Virus record (IMG/VR): IMGVR_UViG_3300032007_000002
DNA: 64,000 nucleotides
DNA from: a virus
Taxonomy: Duplodnaviria > Heunggongvirae > Uroviricota > Caudoviricetes
Direction: 5' to 3' (one strand)
Positions 41,322-51,275 of the stretch are shown in pieces. How positions within the stretch are numbered: position 1 is the stretch's first letter; each line of letters opens with the position of its first letter. Made by a program: the position numbers and the translations under genes. The notes beneath the pieces were generated by a model. The model saw only the letters and a list, made by a program, of their open reading frames with translations. It searched no databases and was not told the origin of the DNA.

Positions 41322-43395
41322 AGAATATTCTGAATTGTGCGACCTCCTCGCGAAGTGGGCGGAAGCATACGCGGCGGGCGAATCCAAGGTCGAGGATGTC
41401 GTCTATGACACGAAGTACCTTGAACTCAAGAAGTTCGAGGCCGAACACCCGGCGTTCATCCTCGCGACATCGCCGACCCGCCGTGTCATCGACGGCGCGG
41501 AAGGCTTCCGCAAGGTGAAGCATACCATCCCAATGATTTCCATTGCGAACTCGAACGGCATCGAGGAAACGGTGGACTGGGCAAGCGGTATGTTCAAGAA
41601 CGCTGTCGCCGAACTGGAACTCGAATACAAGATTGACGGTCTCGGCCTGGCCCTCATCTACAACGAAGGCCAGTTCATCGACGCGATTACCCGCGGCGTG
41701 GACAATGTGGGCGACAGTGTGTGGGAAAACGCGCTGCGCATCGAGTCCATCCCGAAGACTATCCCGTTGAAGGGCAAGGTGGAAATCCGCGGCGAAGTCG
41801 TGTGGAAATTCGACGACTTCGAGAAGTTCAACGACCAGCTCGAAGCCGACGGCAAGAAGCTGATTTCCAACCCGCGTAACGGTGCTGCCGGAACGCTCAA
41901 GTCGCACGATCCGCTCGAAGTCGAAAAGCGCAACCTGTCCTACATCGCATACCTCATCGTTGACGGTAGCCCGAACAGGTTGCAGTCCGACGACATCAAG
42001 CTGCTCGAAGGGATGGGGTTTGAAGTGCCTCCGCACTCCGTCGCGCGAAACCTCATCGAATTGCGCGAACAGGCGGAAAGCATGCGCGACAAGCGCTATG
42101 ACCAGGCCTACCCGATTGACGGCGTGGTGCTCAAGGTGAACGACAAGAGTGACCAGAAGCGCTTTGGCATGGGCACGAAGTACCCGAACTATTTCCGTGC
42201 CTATAAGTTCCCGCCCGAAGAAAAGGTAACGGTTCTCCGAATGGTGGAACAGTCCGGCGGTATGTCCGGCGCAATCTCCCCGGTCGCCGTGATGGACACC
42301 GTGCAGCTTGCGATGACTAATGTCAGCCGCAGCACCCTCTACAACTGGGACCTCGTCGAATACCTCGGCCTTACAGAAAACTGCCATGTGGTTGTCCGCA
42401 AGGCCGGCGAAATCATCCCGGAAATCGTAAGGTGCGTGGAAACCGGACGCTCCAAGGACGACTTCAAGGCATTGAAGGACATGAAGAAGGAACCGCGCAG
42501 CTGGTGGGAAGACCACCGTGCGCCGGAAAATGCCTTCCGTACCCCGAAGGTATGCCCGTTCTGTGGTGCCGAGCTTGTAAGGACACCCAACCTCGATGGC
42601 GACGACTCCGTCGCGCTGGTCTGCCCGTCCGAAACTTGCAAGTCCAAGATTGTCGCCAGGATGGTCAAGTTCGTTTCCCGCGAGTGCATGAACGTGATGG
42701 GCGTGGGCGCAAGCCTCGTCGAATTGCTCCACACCGTGGGCAAGGTCGAAAACATCACCGACTTCTACAAGCTGGATGCGCAGTCCCTTGTCGGCCTCGG
42801 CAACATCCGCGAGAAGAAGGCAACCAAGCTGGTCGCCTCGATTGCCAAGACCCGCGGCAACTTCCTCCACCAGCTCATCGAAGGCTTTGCCATCCCGGGC
42901 ATCGGCCACCAGGCATCCCCGGTTATCGCGAACATCCTTAACGGCATGGGCGGCCTTGGCGTGCTCGTGTACGGCGACGGATCCGCGACCAGCAAGTTCT
43001 TCGCCGACTGCGTTACGCAGGGCATTTCCTCGACCGACGCCAACGCGTTCATCAAGTTCATCGAAACCAACCGCGACATCGCCGGTTACTTCGTGGACAA
43101 CGACATCGCGCAGAAGGTCAAGGAGTTCACTGCGACTTCTACCAAGCTCCAGGGTCGCGTCTGCATCATGACGGGCGTATTCGACAAGCTGGAACGCGAG
43201 AAGTTCAAGGAAATGGTGGTGGCGAACGGCGGAACTATCTGCTCTTCCATCACCAAGAAGTGCAACCTCGTCCTCATGGGCGACGGGGCCGGCCCGAAGA
43301 AGGTCAAGGCCATCGAGGACATCAAGAGGGCTGGCGGACAGATCGACGTCTATACGCCGGAAACGCTTGACAAATTCCTCGACTTGCTCAAATAG
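41311..43395 (+). CDS. ligA: NAD-dependent DNA ligase
   Basis: EYKIDG, TRG, EIRGE, NPRN, IDGVVLK, AYKF, GEIIP, zinc finger, HhH and BRCT domains. Confidence 0.96.
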   Translation: MDYKEYSELCDLLAKWAEAYAAGESKVEDVVYDTKYLELKKFEAEHPAFILATSPTRRVIDGAEGFRKVKHTIPMISIANSNGIEETVDWASGMFKNAVAELELEYKIDGLGLALIYNEGQFIDAITRGVDNVGDSVWENALRIESIPKTIPLKGKVEIRGEVVWKFDDFEKFNDQLEADGKKLISNPRNGAAGTLKSHDPLEVEKRNLSYIAYLIVDGSPNRLQSDDIKLLEGMGFEVPPHSVARNLIELREQAESMRDKRYDQAYPIDGVVLKVNDKSDQKRFGMGTKYPNYFRAYKFPPEEKVTVLRMVEQSGGMSGAISPVAVMDTVQLAMTNVSRSTLYNWDLVEYLGLTENCHVVVRKAGEIIPEIVRCVETGRSKDDFKALKDMKKEPRSWWEDHRAPENAFRTPKVCPFCGAELVRTPNLDGDDSVALVCPSETCKSKIVARMVKFVSRECMNVMGVGASLVELLHTVGKVENITDFYKLDAQSLVGLGNIREKKATKLVASIAKTRGNFLHQLIEGFAIPGIGHQASPVIANILNGMGGLGVLVYGDGSATSKFFADCVTQGISSTDANAFIKFIETNRDIAGYFVDNDIAQKVKEFTATSTKLQGRVCIMTGVFDKLEREKFKEMVVANGGTICSSITKKCNLVLMGDGAGPKKVKAIEDIKRAGGQIDVYTPETLDKFLDLLK

Positions 43396-43437
43396 CGATA
43401 GACAAAATGCCCGAAATTTAGTATATTTCGGGTATAC

Positions 43438-43510
43438 GCGGAAGTAGCTCAGTTGGTAGAGCGCCTGGTTCCCATCCAGGAAGTCGCGGGTTCGAGTCCC
43501 GTTTTCCGCT
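43438..43510 (+). tRNA. tRNA-Gly (CCC), CCA not encoded
   Basis: Cloverleaf: GCGGAAG/TTTCCGC acceptor, CCTGG-TTCCCAT-CCAGG anticodon arm, GGTTCGAGTCCC, U73. Confidence 0.93.
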
Positions 43511-43527
43511 TAACAGAGAGGTTGCCC

Positions 43528-44061
43528 ATGTCTTCACGCTCGTTTACGCTCTTCCTACAGAAGCGGATGCCGGACGGTTCATATAGCCTGGTGTCCGACA
43601 GGCCGGTGTGCAGTGACTTCATGGGTTGGCTGGACCGCCTGGTCGATAACGTCTTCGACTATATGGACAGGCTGGAAGGGGTCGAGCGGTCGGAAATCCC
43701 TGCCCCGATTGCCGAATACCTGAACGTGGATGGCCACAATTTTTACATAGTCGAGGTGGCCGACTTGCATAGCGAGCTGGAAAGCATAATTGCTTCCTAT
43801 ACGGACGAGCTGAAATGCCTTTGCAAGTCGTTCGGGTTTACCCGGACTACCGTGGAGGGGGAGAGTGTTTGCCTTGGCGACATTCGTGGTGACACTACGC
43901 TACCCGTGAACAAGGATCTCGTTTCGGAGAGCGTCGACAAGCGCAACCGTGCCTTGACGGCGGAATTTGTTGAAGGCCTCATATACGCCTGGGTCCAGAT
44001 GTTTAACCACGACCGGGCGGGTTACGACGCGTTCAGGTTCATCGCCGCATACGATTATTAG
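43528..44061 (+). CDS. hypothetical protein (paralog of 29330-29938)
   Basis: GAGG before MSSRSF; shared motifs. Confidence 0.65.
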   Translation: MSSRSFTLFLQKRMPDGSYSLVSDRPVCSDFMGWLDRLVDNVFDYMDRLEGVERSEIPAPIAEYLNVDGHNFYIVEVADLHSELESIIASYTDELKCLCKSFGFTRTTVEGESVCLGDIRGDTTLPVNKDLVSESVDKRNRALTAEFVEGLIYAWVQMFNHDRAGYDAFRFIAAYDY

Positions 44062-44084
44062 TTGAAAGTAGTTGTTGGGTGCAG

Positions 44085-44130
44085 GCCCGGGAGGTTATAA
44101 ACTACGGTTTGAAACCACCCGGGCTTTTTT
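44085..44130 (+). terminator. terminator-like hairpin containing a TATAAACT late promoter in its loop
   Basis: GCCCGGGaGGTT...AACCaCCCGGGC-TTTTTT immediately before ATG 44131. Confidence 0.6.
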
Positions 44131-45009
44131 ATGTCCAGACAAATCACTCCCGCAATCTTCGAAGGTCTTGAAGGGATGCCCAACCGCTCCCTGTATAACT
44201 CCATGAAAACCGGCTACTCCACGTTCATCGAGGGTGTTGCCGACTCCGGCACCGACCCGTTCGTGAAGCTGGACGAAATCAACACCGCATGGAAGCCTAC
44301 CCCGGACAACACTGACCCGGAAGCCTTCGGCGTGTTCATGATGATTTCTAACCAGAAGCCAAAGGAACAGATCGGCGAGGTGGCCAAGGGACATGAAGGC
44401 GACCCGGATTTCGGGACCAAGGACATCGGTTACGGCATTACGTGGAAGGACATCGCCGACTGGTCCAAGCGTGACATCATGCAGGAAGGCATCGGCAAGA
44501 AACTTGCCCCGCTGGCGCTTGCCGGCGCGGTCGGCCTCGGTGCCGGAATTGGCATCGGCCCGAAGGTCCACGAGACTGCCCACAACATCGCCGACAACGC
44601 GAAGAAGGAATGGCAGGCCGCGGGGAACTTTAACTCCGCGATGAACTCGGCGTCCAAGTGGAACGCGTCGTCGGACCTTCTCGGGAACTGGAAGTATGTC
44701 GACGTGAAGGACAAACCGGGCATCTACTCGGATAGCCTCAATCACACGAGCCTGTCCGAACTCCAGAACGAGAACAGCTCGATTTTCCCGAGCGAAAAGA
44801 TTAAGGTCGGCTGGAAGGTTTCCCCGGACGGGAAGACGATTATGTCCACGATTACCGGGCGCGTGTACAAGACGAGCAAGTCGTTCTTCGATCCGTCGTT
44901 CACGGCAGCCGACCTCGGCAAGCCGGTTGGCGTCGGGGTTCTCTACATCGACAAGTCGCTCGAAGATTCCGCGTTCCCGTGGGACGTGGAAGCGCTATAC
45001 GGCAAATAA
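44131..45009 (+). CDS. late protein with leader and hydrophobic helix (putative injected protein)
   Basis: AIFEG, TFIEG and IMQEG sites followed by LAPLALAGAVGLGAGIGIG. Confidence 0.6.
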   Translation: MSRQITPAIFEGLEGMPNRSLYNSMKTGYSTFIEGVADSGTDPFVKLDEINTAWKPTPDNTDPEAFGVFMMISNQKPKEQIGEVAKGHEGDPDFGTKDIGYGITWKDIADWSKRDIMQEGIGKKLAPLALAGAVGLGAGIGIGPKVHETAHNIADNAKKEWQAAGNFNSAMNSASKWNASSDLLGNWKYVDVKDKPGIYSDSLNHTSLSELQNENSSIFPSEKIKVGWKVSPDGKTIMSTITGRVYKTSKSFFDPSFTAADLGKPVGVGVLYIDKSLEDSAFPWDVEALYGK

Positions 45010-45013
45010 AAGA

Positions 45014-45037
45014 AAGCCGCTACTTCCGTAGCGGCTT
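45014..45037. terminator. terminator between convergent genes
   Basis: AAGCCGCTAC-ttcc-GTAGCGGCTT with upstream A-run. Confidence 0.7.
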
Positions 45038-45102
45038 GATATGCTCACCTGCAAGCGTAGGAGGAGTTTCTGGGGGCGTTCCGGCAAGGGGCGCCCCCTG
45101 TT

Positions 45103-45450
45103 TTAATGCTTCCCGCAGTTGCAGCCCTTGTACACGGTGCCGATTGCCTTCCTGACGACGGAACCGATCTTGTAGCCCACCTTGAGGCCGAAGGTCTTGT
45201 ATTTCGCCGGGAGGGCATACATGTAGTCCTTGATTGCGGGAAAGTCCTTCGACATCTGCTCGATGGCGTTTACCCCGGAATAGCGTTTCCCGTTCAGGCT
45301 GACATACTCGAAGTCGGCAGCCGTCCCCGAGGCCGGGATGTACTGGGCCCTGTCGGTCCCCACCTTGGCCTTGACGAGGTTCATGAAATACCTGCACACT
45401 ACGCAGGTATTGTCATAGATGATTTTAGCCGTGGTTTGCATAGTCGCCAA
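45103..45450 (-). CDS. DCC1/DUF393-like thiol-disulfide oxidoreductase
   Basis: IIYDNTCVVC (DxxCxxC), G.RYSG..A. Confidence 0.65.
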   Translation of the reverse strand: MATMQTTAKIIYDNTCVVCRYFMNLVKAKVGTDRAQYIPASGTAADFEYVSLNGKRYSGVNAIEQMSKDFPAIKDYMYALPAKYKTFGLKVGYKIGSVVRKAIGTVYKGCNCGKH

Positions 45451-46282
45451 AGTACCCCTGCGGTCCGTCGAAATCGAATTTCTTTTCGTCCGGGTCCGGT
45501 TCCTGCGGTTCGGGGATGCCGAACTTGTTGACCGGGCGGAGCTGCTCGGCGCTCAGCGGGCCATAGATGTTCTCCATGAGCTCGCGCATGTGCTCGAAGT
45601 TTTCCGGGGCGTCGTTGTCGCACTGGCCGTCCGGGCATGCGCATGCGCTGCTGGCTTCCGCTACCTTGTCGTTGTGAGCGACGATGTCGGCGAGGACCGC
45701 GAGCGTGGCCAGGTCAACGCCGAGCGGCTCGATGTCGTCCTGCTGGAAGCTGAACTGCGGCCAGCAGCCGTCGGATCCGCCCCGTGCCATGTCGGCCTCG
45801 ATGTTGGTCGGCTTGGCGCAGATAATCACTTCGCCGTCGTTGTTCTTGACGATGTAGATGGACTTGCCGCCCTTGGTCGGCTTGACAACGGTACCCGGGT
45901 CGAAGATGCACTTGCACCCGTTGTCGCACTCGGTTTTGGCGAGGGCGTTCTTCATGGAGTGCTTGAAGTTCATGCCCTTGAAGAGACATTCTTCGAGATT
46001 TTCCTTGTCGGCGTCGGGGTTGCCGTCGCACTTTTCGAGAAGCGCGTTGTAGTCCGTCCGGTAGTTGCCGGAATTTCCGCCGCGGATTGGGTCGGCTTCG
46101 GGCTTCGCTTCGCCCCGGATGCACGTAACCGTCTGGCCATCCTTCGTCCACTTGTCCGACGGGAGACCCCGGTCAATGACTTCCACGGGGATGTCGTTTT
46201 CTTCGGGTGCCGCGTTCGTGCTGTCGCCTTCGATGGTCTGGGCGAGAACGCGGAGCTTTTCGAGATTCTCAAATTCGTCCAT
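45425..46282 (-). CDS. acidic Cys-rich late protein
   Basis: TATAAACT upstream; LLEK and LEE sites. Confidence 0.55.
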   Translation of the reverse strand: MDEFENLEKLRVLAQTIEGDSTNAAPEENDIPVEVIDRGLPSDKWTKDGQTVTCIRGEAKPEADPIRGGNSGNYRTDYNALLEKCDGNPDADKENLEECLFKGMNFKHSMKNALAKTECDNGCKCIFDPGTVVKPTKGGKSIYIVKNNDGEVIICAKPTNIEADMARGGSDGCWPQFSFQQDDIEPLGVDLATLAVLADIVAHNDKVAEASSACACPDGQCDNDAPENFEHMRELMENIYGPLSAEQLRPVNKFGIPEPQEPDPDEKKFDFDGPQGYFGDYANHG

Positions 46283-46337
46283 TATGATAAAACCGGGGTG
46301 TTTTCCCCTAGTTTATAACAGTTCGGGCCGTAAGTGA

Positions 46338-46775
46338 CTACTTTTTCTTGAAGGCCGCGGCGAGCTGGTCGAGGAAGGCTTCACTCGCGACACGCGGGGT
46401 GCCCGGGAGGACCGGCGTATGGGCGGCTGCCATCTGTGGCGGTTCCGGCGCTTCCGGTGCGTCCGGCATCTCGTCCTCGAAGGCCTCCGCCAGCGTGTCG
46501 TATTCGACCGGTGCGGTCAGCTGCAGGGTGGTGCCGTAACGGTCGAGTTCGGAGTCGGGGTCGTGGTCGAGGAGCCTGGGGTCCCGCCGGAAGCCGTTGA
46601 TCCTGGATAGGATTGGGTTGGCTCCGCCGCGGAACGGGTCGTTGGCCATGGCGCGTGCGTTGAAACGGTCGACTGCGCCCGTGGACGGCATGTCCGAGCC
46701 GTTGTTCACCCTTGTGTGGATGATGAAGTTGGCTGCGTAGTTTTCGAGCAGCGCCTGTTCGTCTTTGTTTGCCAT
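46338..46775 (-). CDS. hypothetical late protein
   Basis: TATAAACT upstream; ALLEN site. Confidence 0.55.
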   Translation of the reverse strand: MANKDEQALLENYAANFIIHTRVNNGSDMPSTGAVDRFNARAMANDPFRGGANPILSRINGFRRDPRLLDHDPDSELDRYGTTLQLTAPVEYDTLAEAFEDEMPDAPEAPEPPQMAAAHTPVLPGTPRVASEAFLDQLAAAFKKK

Positions 46776-46839
46776 GCACGTAGTTTATAGGTCCGAAACA
46801 CTTTTTGCTATATTTCACCATGAACAGAAAAGAGGAAAC

Positions 46840-47589
46840 ATGACAAAGCAGAAATCTACCCCGAAGACTGGCAAGGAATCAAAGCCAAAGTACCCGTGCG
46901 ATTCGCACGGCTCGAAACCCATTATCCATCCGGCAATCAACAAGATACCCCTCGGAAATGGCAAGACTAAGCTGGATACGGGAAACCTGGCGCTGAATGC
47001 TGCCGCGTTCGGCGATATCCATGGCGCCATAGTTGACGATGCCGACGCGAAAAATGTGGAAGTTGTGATCCGCGAACATGAAGACCAGCTGTCCAAGTTC
47101 TGCGACAAGTGGCATGACGCCAGGGACACCGGTCGCGTTACGGCGGACGACGGCATTGACTGGAATTTTTGGCATTCCATCGTCATGGCGTCGGTTGACT
47201 GTGCCAATGTCGAAAAATACGTGAACTTTATCAAGGCGCTTGCGGCAAATAGCGAACTCATGAAGACGGTTCCGCATGACGGCCTGGTCGGCCTCGTGAA
47301 CAATGTCTACACCGTCCCGCGTATTCTTGCTAGGTTTATCCGTCGCCGAATCGAGGGGCTGCTCGCACCCACCTTGGAAGATGACCTGTATAAGCCGATG
47401 AGCGACTGCGGTCTCCGATACGAATACGCGGTTTCGCCGGAAAAGATGCCCCTGTGCAGGGCGCATATTCTTGGCGATGCTTCCAGTTCTTTGCTCACAC
47501 TGACCATCTATCCGGTAATCGGGGACACGTCCAACCCGGATTGGAAGCGCGGCGTCCATTTTGAAACAAAACTTTCCATAAGGGCCTAA
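46840..47589 (+). CDS. hypothetical protein
   Basis: Early motif and GAGG before ATG 46840. Confidence 0.6.
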   Translation: MTKQKSTPKTGKESKPKYPCDSHGSKPIIHPAINKIPLGNGKTKLDTGNLALNAAAFGDIHGAIVDDADAKNVEVVIREHEDQLSKFCDKWHDARDTGRVTADDGIDWNFWHSIVMASVDCANVEKYVNFIKALAANSELMKTVPHDGLVGLVNNVYTVPRILARFIRRRIEGLLAPTLEDDLYKPMSDCGLRYEYAVSPEKMPLCRAHILGDASSSLLTLTIYPVIGDTSNPDWKRGVHFETKLSIRA

Positions 47590-47592
47590 TGT

Positions 47593-48072
47593 ATGGCAGA
47601 TTCTACTCAAGATACCCTCAAACACCGTGGCTGGGTGAAGAAATTCACCGCCATGTTCTGCAACAAGATGCTCGACCGCGCCGAACGGCACGACGAATCC
47701 AAGCTGCATGCGCCGGAAAAGGAAATGTTCGACCAGGTGGGGGAAAGCCATCCGCTCGGTAAGAGCGAGTTCGGCTCCGCTGAATATGCGGAAGGCAAGA
47801 AGCTGCTCGGGCCGGCGCTCGACCACCATTATGCCGAGAACGACCACCACCCGCAGCACTTCCACGACGGCATCGCCGGGATGAACTTCTACCAGCTCCT
47901 CGAAATGTATCTCGACTGGCATGCCGCTTCCAAGCGCAACAAGAACGGCAGCATCATCCAGTCGGTCGATCACAATATCCGCGAGTTCAAGATTGAGCCG
48001 CAGCTTGCCGCAATCCTTATGAACACGGCCCGGCTCGATAGCCAGGAGGAAAGCGATGATAGTCAGAACTAA
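47593..48072 (+). CDS. HD-like (DUF5662-type) protein
   Basis: H...HDESK...HHYAENDHHPQH...EMYLDW. Confidence 0.7.
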   Translation: MADSTQDTLKHRGWVKKFTAMFCNKMLDRAERHDESKLHAPEKEMFDQVGESHPLGKSEFGSAEYAEGKKLLGPALDHHYAENDHHPQHFHDGIAGMNFYQLLEMYLDWHAASKRNKNGSIIQSVDHNIREFKIEPQLAAILMNTARLDSQEESDDSQN

Positions 48073-48607
48073 ACAGATTTCGTGCCTGGAAGACCTGGAC
48101 AAGGTTCTTAAGTCGAGCGGCCTGCGGATTGACGAGTGCCAGATTGTGCCCGTCGTCGGCAAGTTCAAGACGAATTTCTACGTGTACTACGATGACGGGA
48201 AGCCGGATCCGAAGGCAGCGAAGGACGCACCCGCACCGGATGATACCATTGACCTGAGCAACGATAGCAAGGTTGAGTTTGAGGCATTCGGGAAGCGTTA
48301 TCCGGGTTTCTGCCACGAGTTCAACTATACCAGCACGTCCGAAGGGGGTATGTCAAAGTTCGTCGAGAAGTGTCGTCTCGATGTCGCTGTCGGAACGAAT
48401 GTTGCGACTGCCAAGGGTGGCGAAATGCTGGTCGCGAGCTTGCAGATGGAAGGCGTCAAGGGCATTGAGCTGACCGGCGTAATTGATAATGGACAACGGA
48501 ATATCGTCCGTGTCGACGTCACCGGCCGCGACAACATCGAGAAGTTCGCCGATGCGCTCGAAACGGCAGCCTACCGCCTTCGCGCAATGATGGCCAAGGA
48601 AGGGTAA
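48056..48607 (+). CDS. hypothetical protein
   Basis: GGAGG RBS; operonic. Confidence 0.6.
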   Translation: MIVRTKQISCLEDLDKVLKSSGLRIDECQIVPVVGKFKTNFYVYYDDGKPDPKAAKDAPAPDDTIDLSNDSKVEFEAFGKRYPGFCHEFNYTSTSEGGMSKFVEKCRLDVAVGTNVATAKGGEMLVASLQMEGVKGIELTGVIDNGQRNIVRVDVTGRDNIEKFADALETAAYRLRAMMAKEG

Positions 48608-48608
48608 C

Positions 48609-49046
48609 ATGTCCAAGTGGTATCGTCCGATCGAGAACGGCATCATGACGCTACCCGAGGTTGCGGTCGGCTCAAACAACTACCTGATGTACCTCAACGG
48701 GAAGTACCAGGTGTTTCCGGTGAGCATGTATTTGCCGATGGGATGGTGGATTGGCGTAGGCGCATGGCTTGACATGCCGATGGGCAAGTACGAGACCCCT
48801 ACGTTCCTCGGCAAGAATACCGACTGGGTTTCTGACGACCAGCGTGGCCGTTGGCGCAGGTTCTCCACGGCGCCCCTGCATGCGGAACCGGATGATGCCG
48901 TGATGGTCTATTATGACAACCCCGGCCAGGAAGTCTATTTCATGAAGGTGCGTGAGGCGAACGAAAAGTTTGCCGGTAAATCCGATGTGTGGTGGTTTGC
49001 CGAGCGCGTAATGCCGTTCGGCAAGCTGTTGGAAACGCCGGCATAA
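48609..49046 (+). CDS. hypothetical protein
   Basis: Operonic; Trp-rich. Confidence 0.55.
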   Translation: MSKWYRPIENGIMTLPEVAVGSNNYLMYLNGKYQVFPVSMYLPMGWWIGVGAWLDMPMGKYETPTFLGKNTDWVSDDQRGRWRRFSTAPLHAEPDDAVMVYYDNPGQEVYFMKVREANEKFAGKSDVWWFAERVMPFGKLLETPA

Positions 49047-49078
49047 ATTTGTATTTTCCGTGCATAGGAGATACAACT

Positions 49079-50392
49079 ATGTACGGAAAAAGCCTCGCGC
49101 ACGTAGAGCGCATCAAGGAAGTGCACGCCATCGAGGGTGCCGACAACATCGAACGCGTTACCGTTCTCGACTGGAACCTGGTCGCGAAGAAGGGTGAGTT
49201 CAAGCCCGGTGAACTTGCCGTATATGTGGAAATCGGGTCTATACTCCCGGACGGCCTCGAACCGGCCGACCGCGAACAGTATGCCAGCCTTGCCAAGATT
49301 GCGTCCGAACACCGCCGTCGAGAGAACGCGGTGAAGAAGGCGCAGGAGAAGGGCAAGCCGCTGCCGGACTTCAGCGGCCTGGACGTACTGGAACCGCTGG
49401 AAGTGGTCACGAAGGCCATGGAAGAAATCCAGGGCCGCTCCAAGTACCCCTACTTCGAGTTCCTGCGCCCGATGAAGTTCAAGATCAAGACGAAGGTCCT
49501 TAACCGCTTCAAGGTGATTTCCCAGGGCATCCTCTTCCGCCCGGACGTCCTCGGCATCGCGCCGGAGGAAGTGAAGCTGGGTGCGGACTTCACCGAACGC
49601 CTCGGTATTACGGAAGTCGTCGAGGATGCCGAGGAGGCCGGCGTAGTCGAGACGCCGAAGCCGGGCCTCTTCGGGTGGATTGACCGGAAGCTCATGCGGT
49701 TTGCCATCTACCGTTGGCTCCGCAAGGACACCGACAAGGCCGAGTGGCTCCCGTTCTTCCCGGCGAAATCCGACGAGGAGAACGCGCAGAAGATCTACTC
49801 CGGGATGTACGAAGCACACAAGGACGAATGGTTCGTCGCGACGGAGAAGCTGGAGGGCCAGTCCATCTCCATCTGTACCCGGGACGAGCGGTTCCTGTTC
49901 TTCTTCCACCGCAAGAAGCTCTATGTCGCGTCCCGCACCCGCAACCTTCCCTACAAGTCCTGCAAGAACATGCAGTTCTGGAAGACCGTCAAGCGCGGCG
50001 AGTTCGACAAGCGTCTCGCCAAGGTTCCGGGCGAATGGTTCATCCGCGGCGAGCATGTCGGACCCGGCATCCAGAAGAACATCTACCAGCTGGACCAGAC
50101 CGACATCCGCATCTACGATGTCATGCCGTTCAACAAGGAGACCGGGCGGTTCGACAAGCGCCTCAACTATGAGGACACGCTCAAGTTCTGCGCCGACCAC
50201 CAGTTCGACTATGTGCCGGTTATTGACGACCACTTCCGCCTGCCGGCCGATGTACAGGAAATGCTCCGCATTTCCAACGGCAAGACCGTGTTCGGCAAGG
50301 ATCTCAAACACGCCCGCGAGGGCCTGGTGCTCCGCCTGAGAGACAACTACTCCGTCTCGTTCAAGGCGAAGTCGCCGGAATACGAACTCTAA
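49079..50392 (+). CDS. ATP-dependent RNA ligase (DRB0094-like)
   Basis: N-terminal IEGADNIE and SQG; motifs TEKLEG, SR, IRGE, YDV, EGLV, FKAKS. Confidence 0.85.
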   Translation: MYGKSLAHVERIKEVHAIEGADNIERVTVLDWNLVAKKGEFKPGELAVYVEIGSILPDGLEPADREQYASLAKIASEHRRRENAVKKAQEKGKPLPDFSGLDVLEPLEVVTKAMEEIQGRSKYPYFEFLRPMKFKIKTKVLNRFKVISQGILFRPDVLGIAPEEVKLGADFTERLGITEVVEDAEEAGVVETPKPGLFGWIDRKLMRFAIYRWLRKDTDKAEWLPFFPAKSDEENAQKIYSGMYEAHKDEWFVATEKLEGQSISICTRDERFLFFFHRKKLYVASRTRNLPYKSCKNMQFWKTVKRGEFDKRLAKVPGEWFIRGEHVGPGIQKNIYQLDQTDIRIYDVMPFNKETGRFDKRLNYEDTLKFCADHQFDYVPVIDDHFRLPADVQEMLRISNGKTVFGKDLKHAREGLVLRLRDNYSVSFKAKSPEYEL

Positions 50393-50400
50393 GGAGAGTT

Positions 50401-51213
50401 ATGAAACAGTATCTTGACTTGCTTAAGGACATCTTCGAGAACGGCGTTGACCGCTCCGACCGCACCGGGACGGGAACCCGCTCCGTGTTCGGTCGCCAGA
50501 TGCGGTTCGACCTGTCCGAAGGTTTTCCGTGCCTCACTACGAAGAAGCTCCATCTCCGTTCCATCATCCACGAACTTCTCTGGTTCTTGAAGGGCGATAC
50601 GAACATCAAGTATCTCCACGACAACAAGGTGACCATCTGGGACGAGTGGGCAGACGAAAATGGCGACCTCGGTCCGGTCTATGGGCACCAGTGGCGTTCC
50701 TGGCCTACTCCCGACGGCGGGCATATCGACCAGATTGCCAACCTCGTGAACAGCCTCAAGAACAACCCGGACTCCCGCAGGCACCTCGTCTGCGCCTGGA
50801 ACGTGGCGGAAGTTGACAAGATGGCCCTCCCGCCGTGCCACTGCCTGTTCCAGTTCTATGTGGGCGGTGTGGGCAAGAGCGGCAAGCGCAGGCTCAGCTG
50901 CCAGCTGTATCAGCGCAGTGCCGACACCTTCCTCGGCGTCCCGTTCAACATTGCGTCCTATGCGCTCCTTACGATGATGCTCGCGCAGGTGTGCGGGTAT
51001 GAACCGGGCGAGTTCGTCCACACGCTCGGCGATACCCACATCTACTCGAACCACTTCGAGCAGGTGAAGGAACAGCTGTCCCGCGAGCCGCGCAAGCTCC
51101 CGACCATGCGCATCAACCCGGAGGTGAAGGACATCTTCGACTTCAAGTTCGAGGACTTCACCCTGGAGAACTACGATCCGTGGCCGGCAATCAAGGCGCC
51201 GGTGGCAGTCTAG
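50401..51213 (+). CDS. thyA: thymidylate synthase
   Basis: DRTGTGT, ELLWFL, LPPCH, YQRSAD, HIYSNH. Confidence 0.97.
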   Translation: MKQYLDLLKDIFENGVDRSDRTGTGTRSVFGRQMRFDLSEGFPCLTTKKLHLRSIIHELLWFLKGDTNIKYLHDNKVTIWDEWADENGDLGPVYGHQWRSWPTPDGGHIDQIANLVNSLKNNPDSRRHLVCAWNVAEVDKMALPPCHCLFQFYVGGVGKSGKRRLSCQLYQRSADTFLGVPFNIASYALLTMMLAQVCGYEPGEFVHTLGDTHIYSNHFEQVKEQLSREPRKLPTMRINPEVKDIFDFKFEDFTLENYDPWPAIKAPVAV

Positions 51214-51234
51214 GATTGCCTTTTGCTATATTTC

Positions 51235-51264
51235 AAGCGGTGACGGGTTCCGTCACCGCTTTTT
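51235..51264 (+). terminator. terminator-like hairpin after thyA
   Basis: AAGCGGTGACGG-gtt-CCGTCACCGCTTTTT. Confidence 0.65.
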
Positions 51265-51275
51265 AGTGAGGTTTT

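Noticed and set aside
43453..43527. TTG-started N-terminal extension of the 43453-44061 ORF
   Set aside because: It lies inside tRNA-Gly; ATG 43528 has an RBS and matches the paralog start
29939..50311. Long opposite-strand ORFs (upstream part of 29330-31297, 41296-42909, 48935-50311, 46879-48168, 33915-35036; also 25197-26534)
   Set aside because: Antisense shadows of well-supported genes, expected with this GC-rich codon usage; no motifs or RBS
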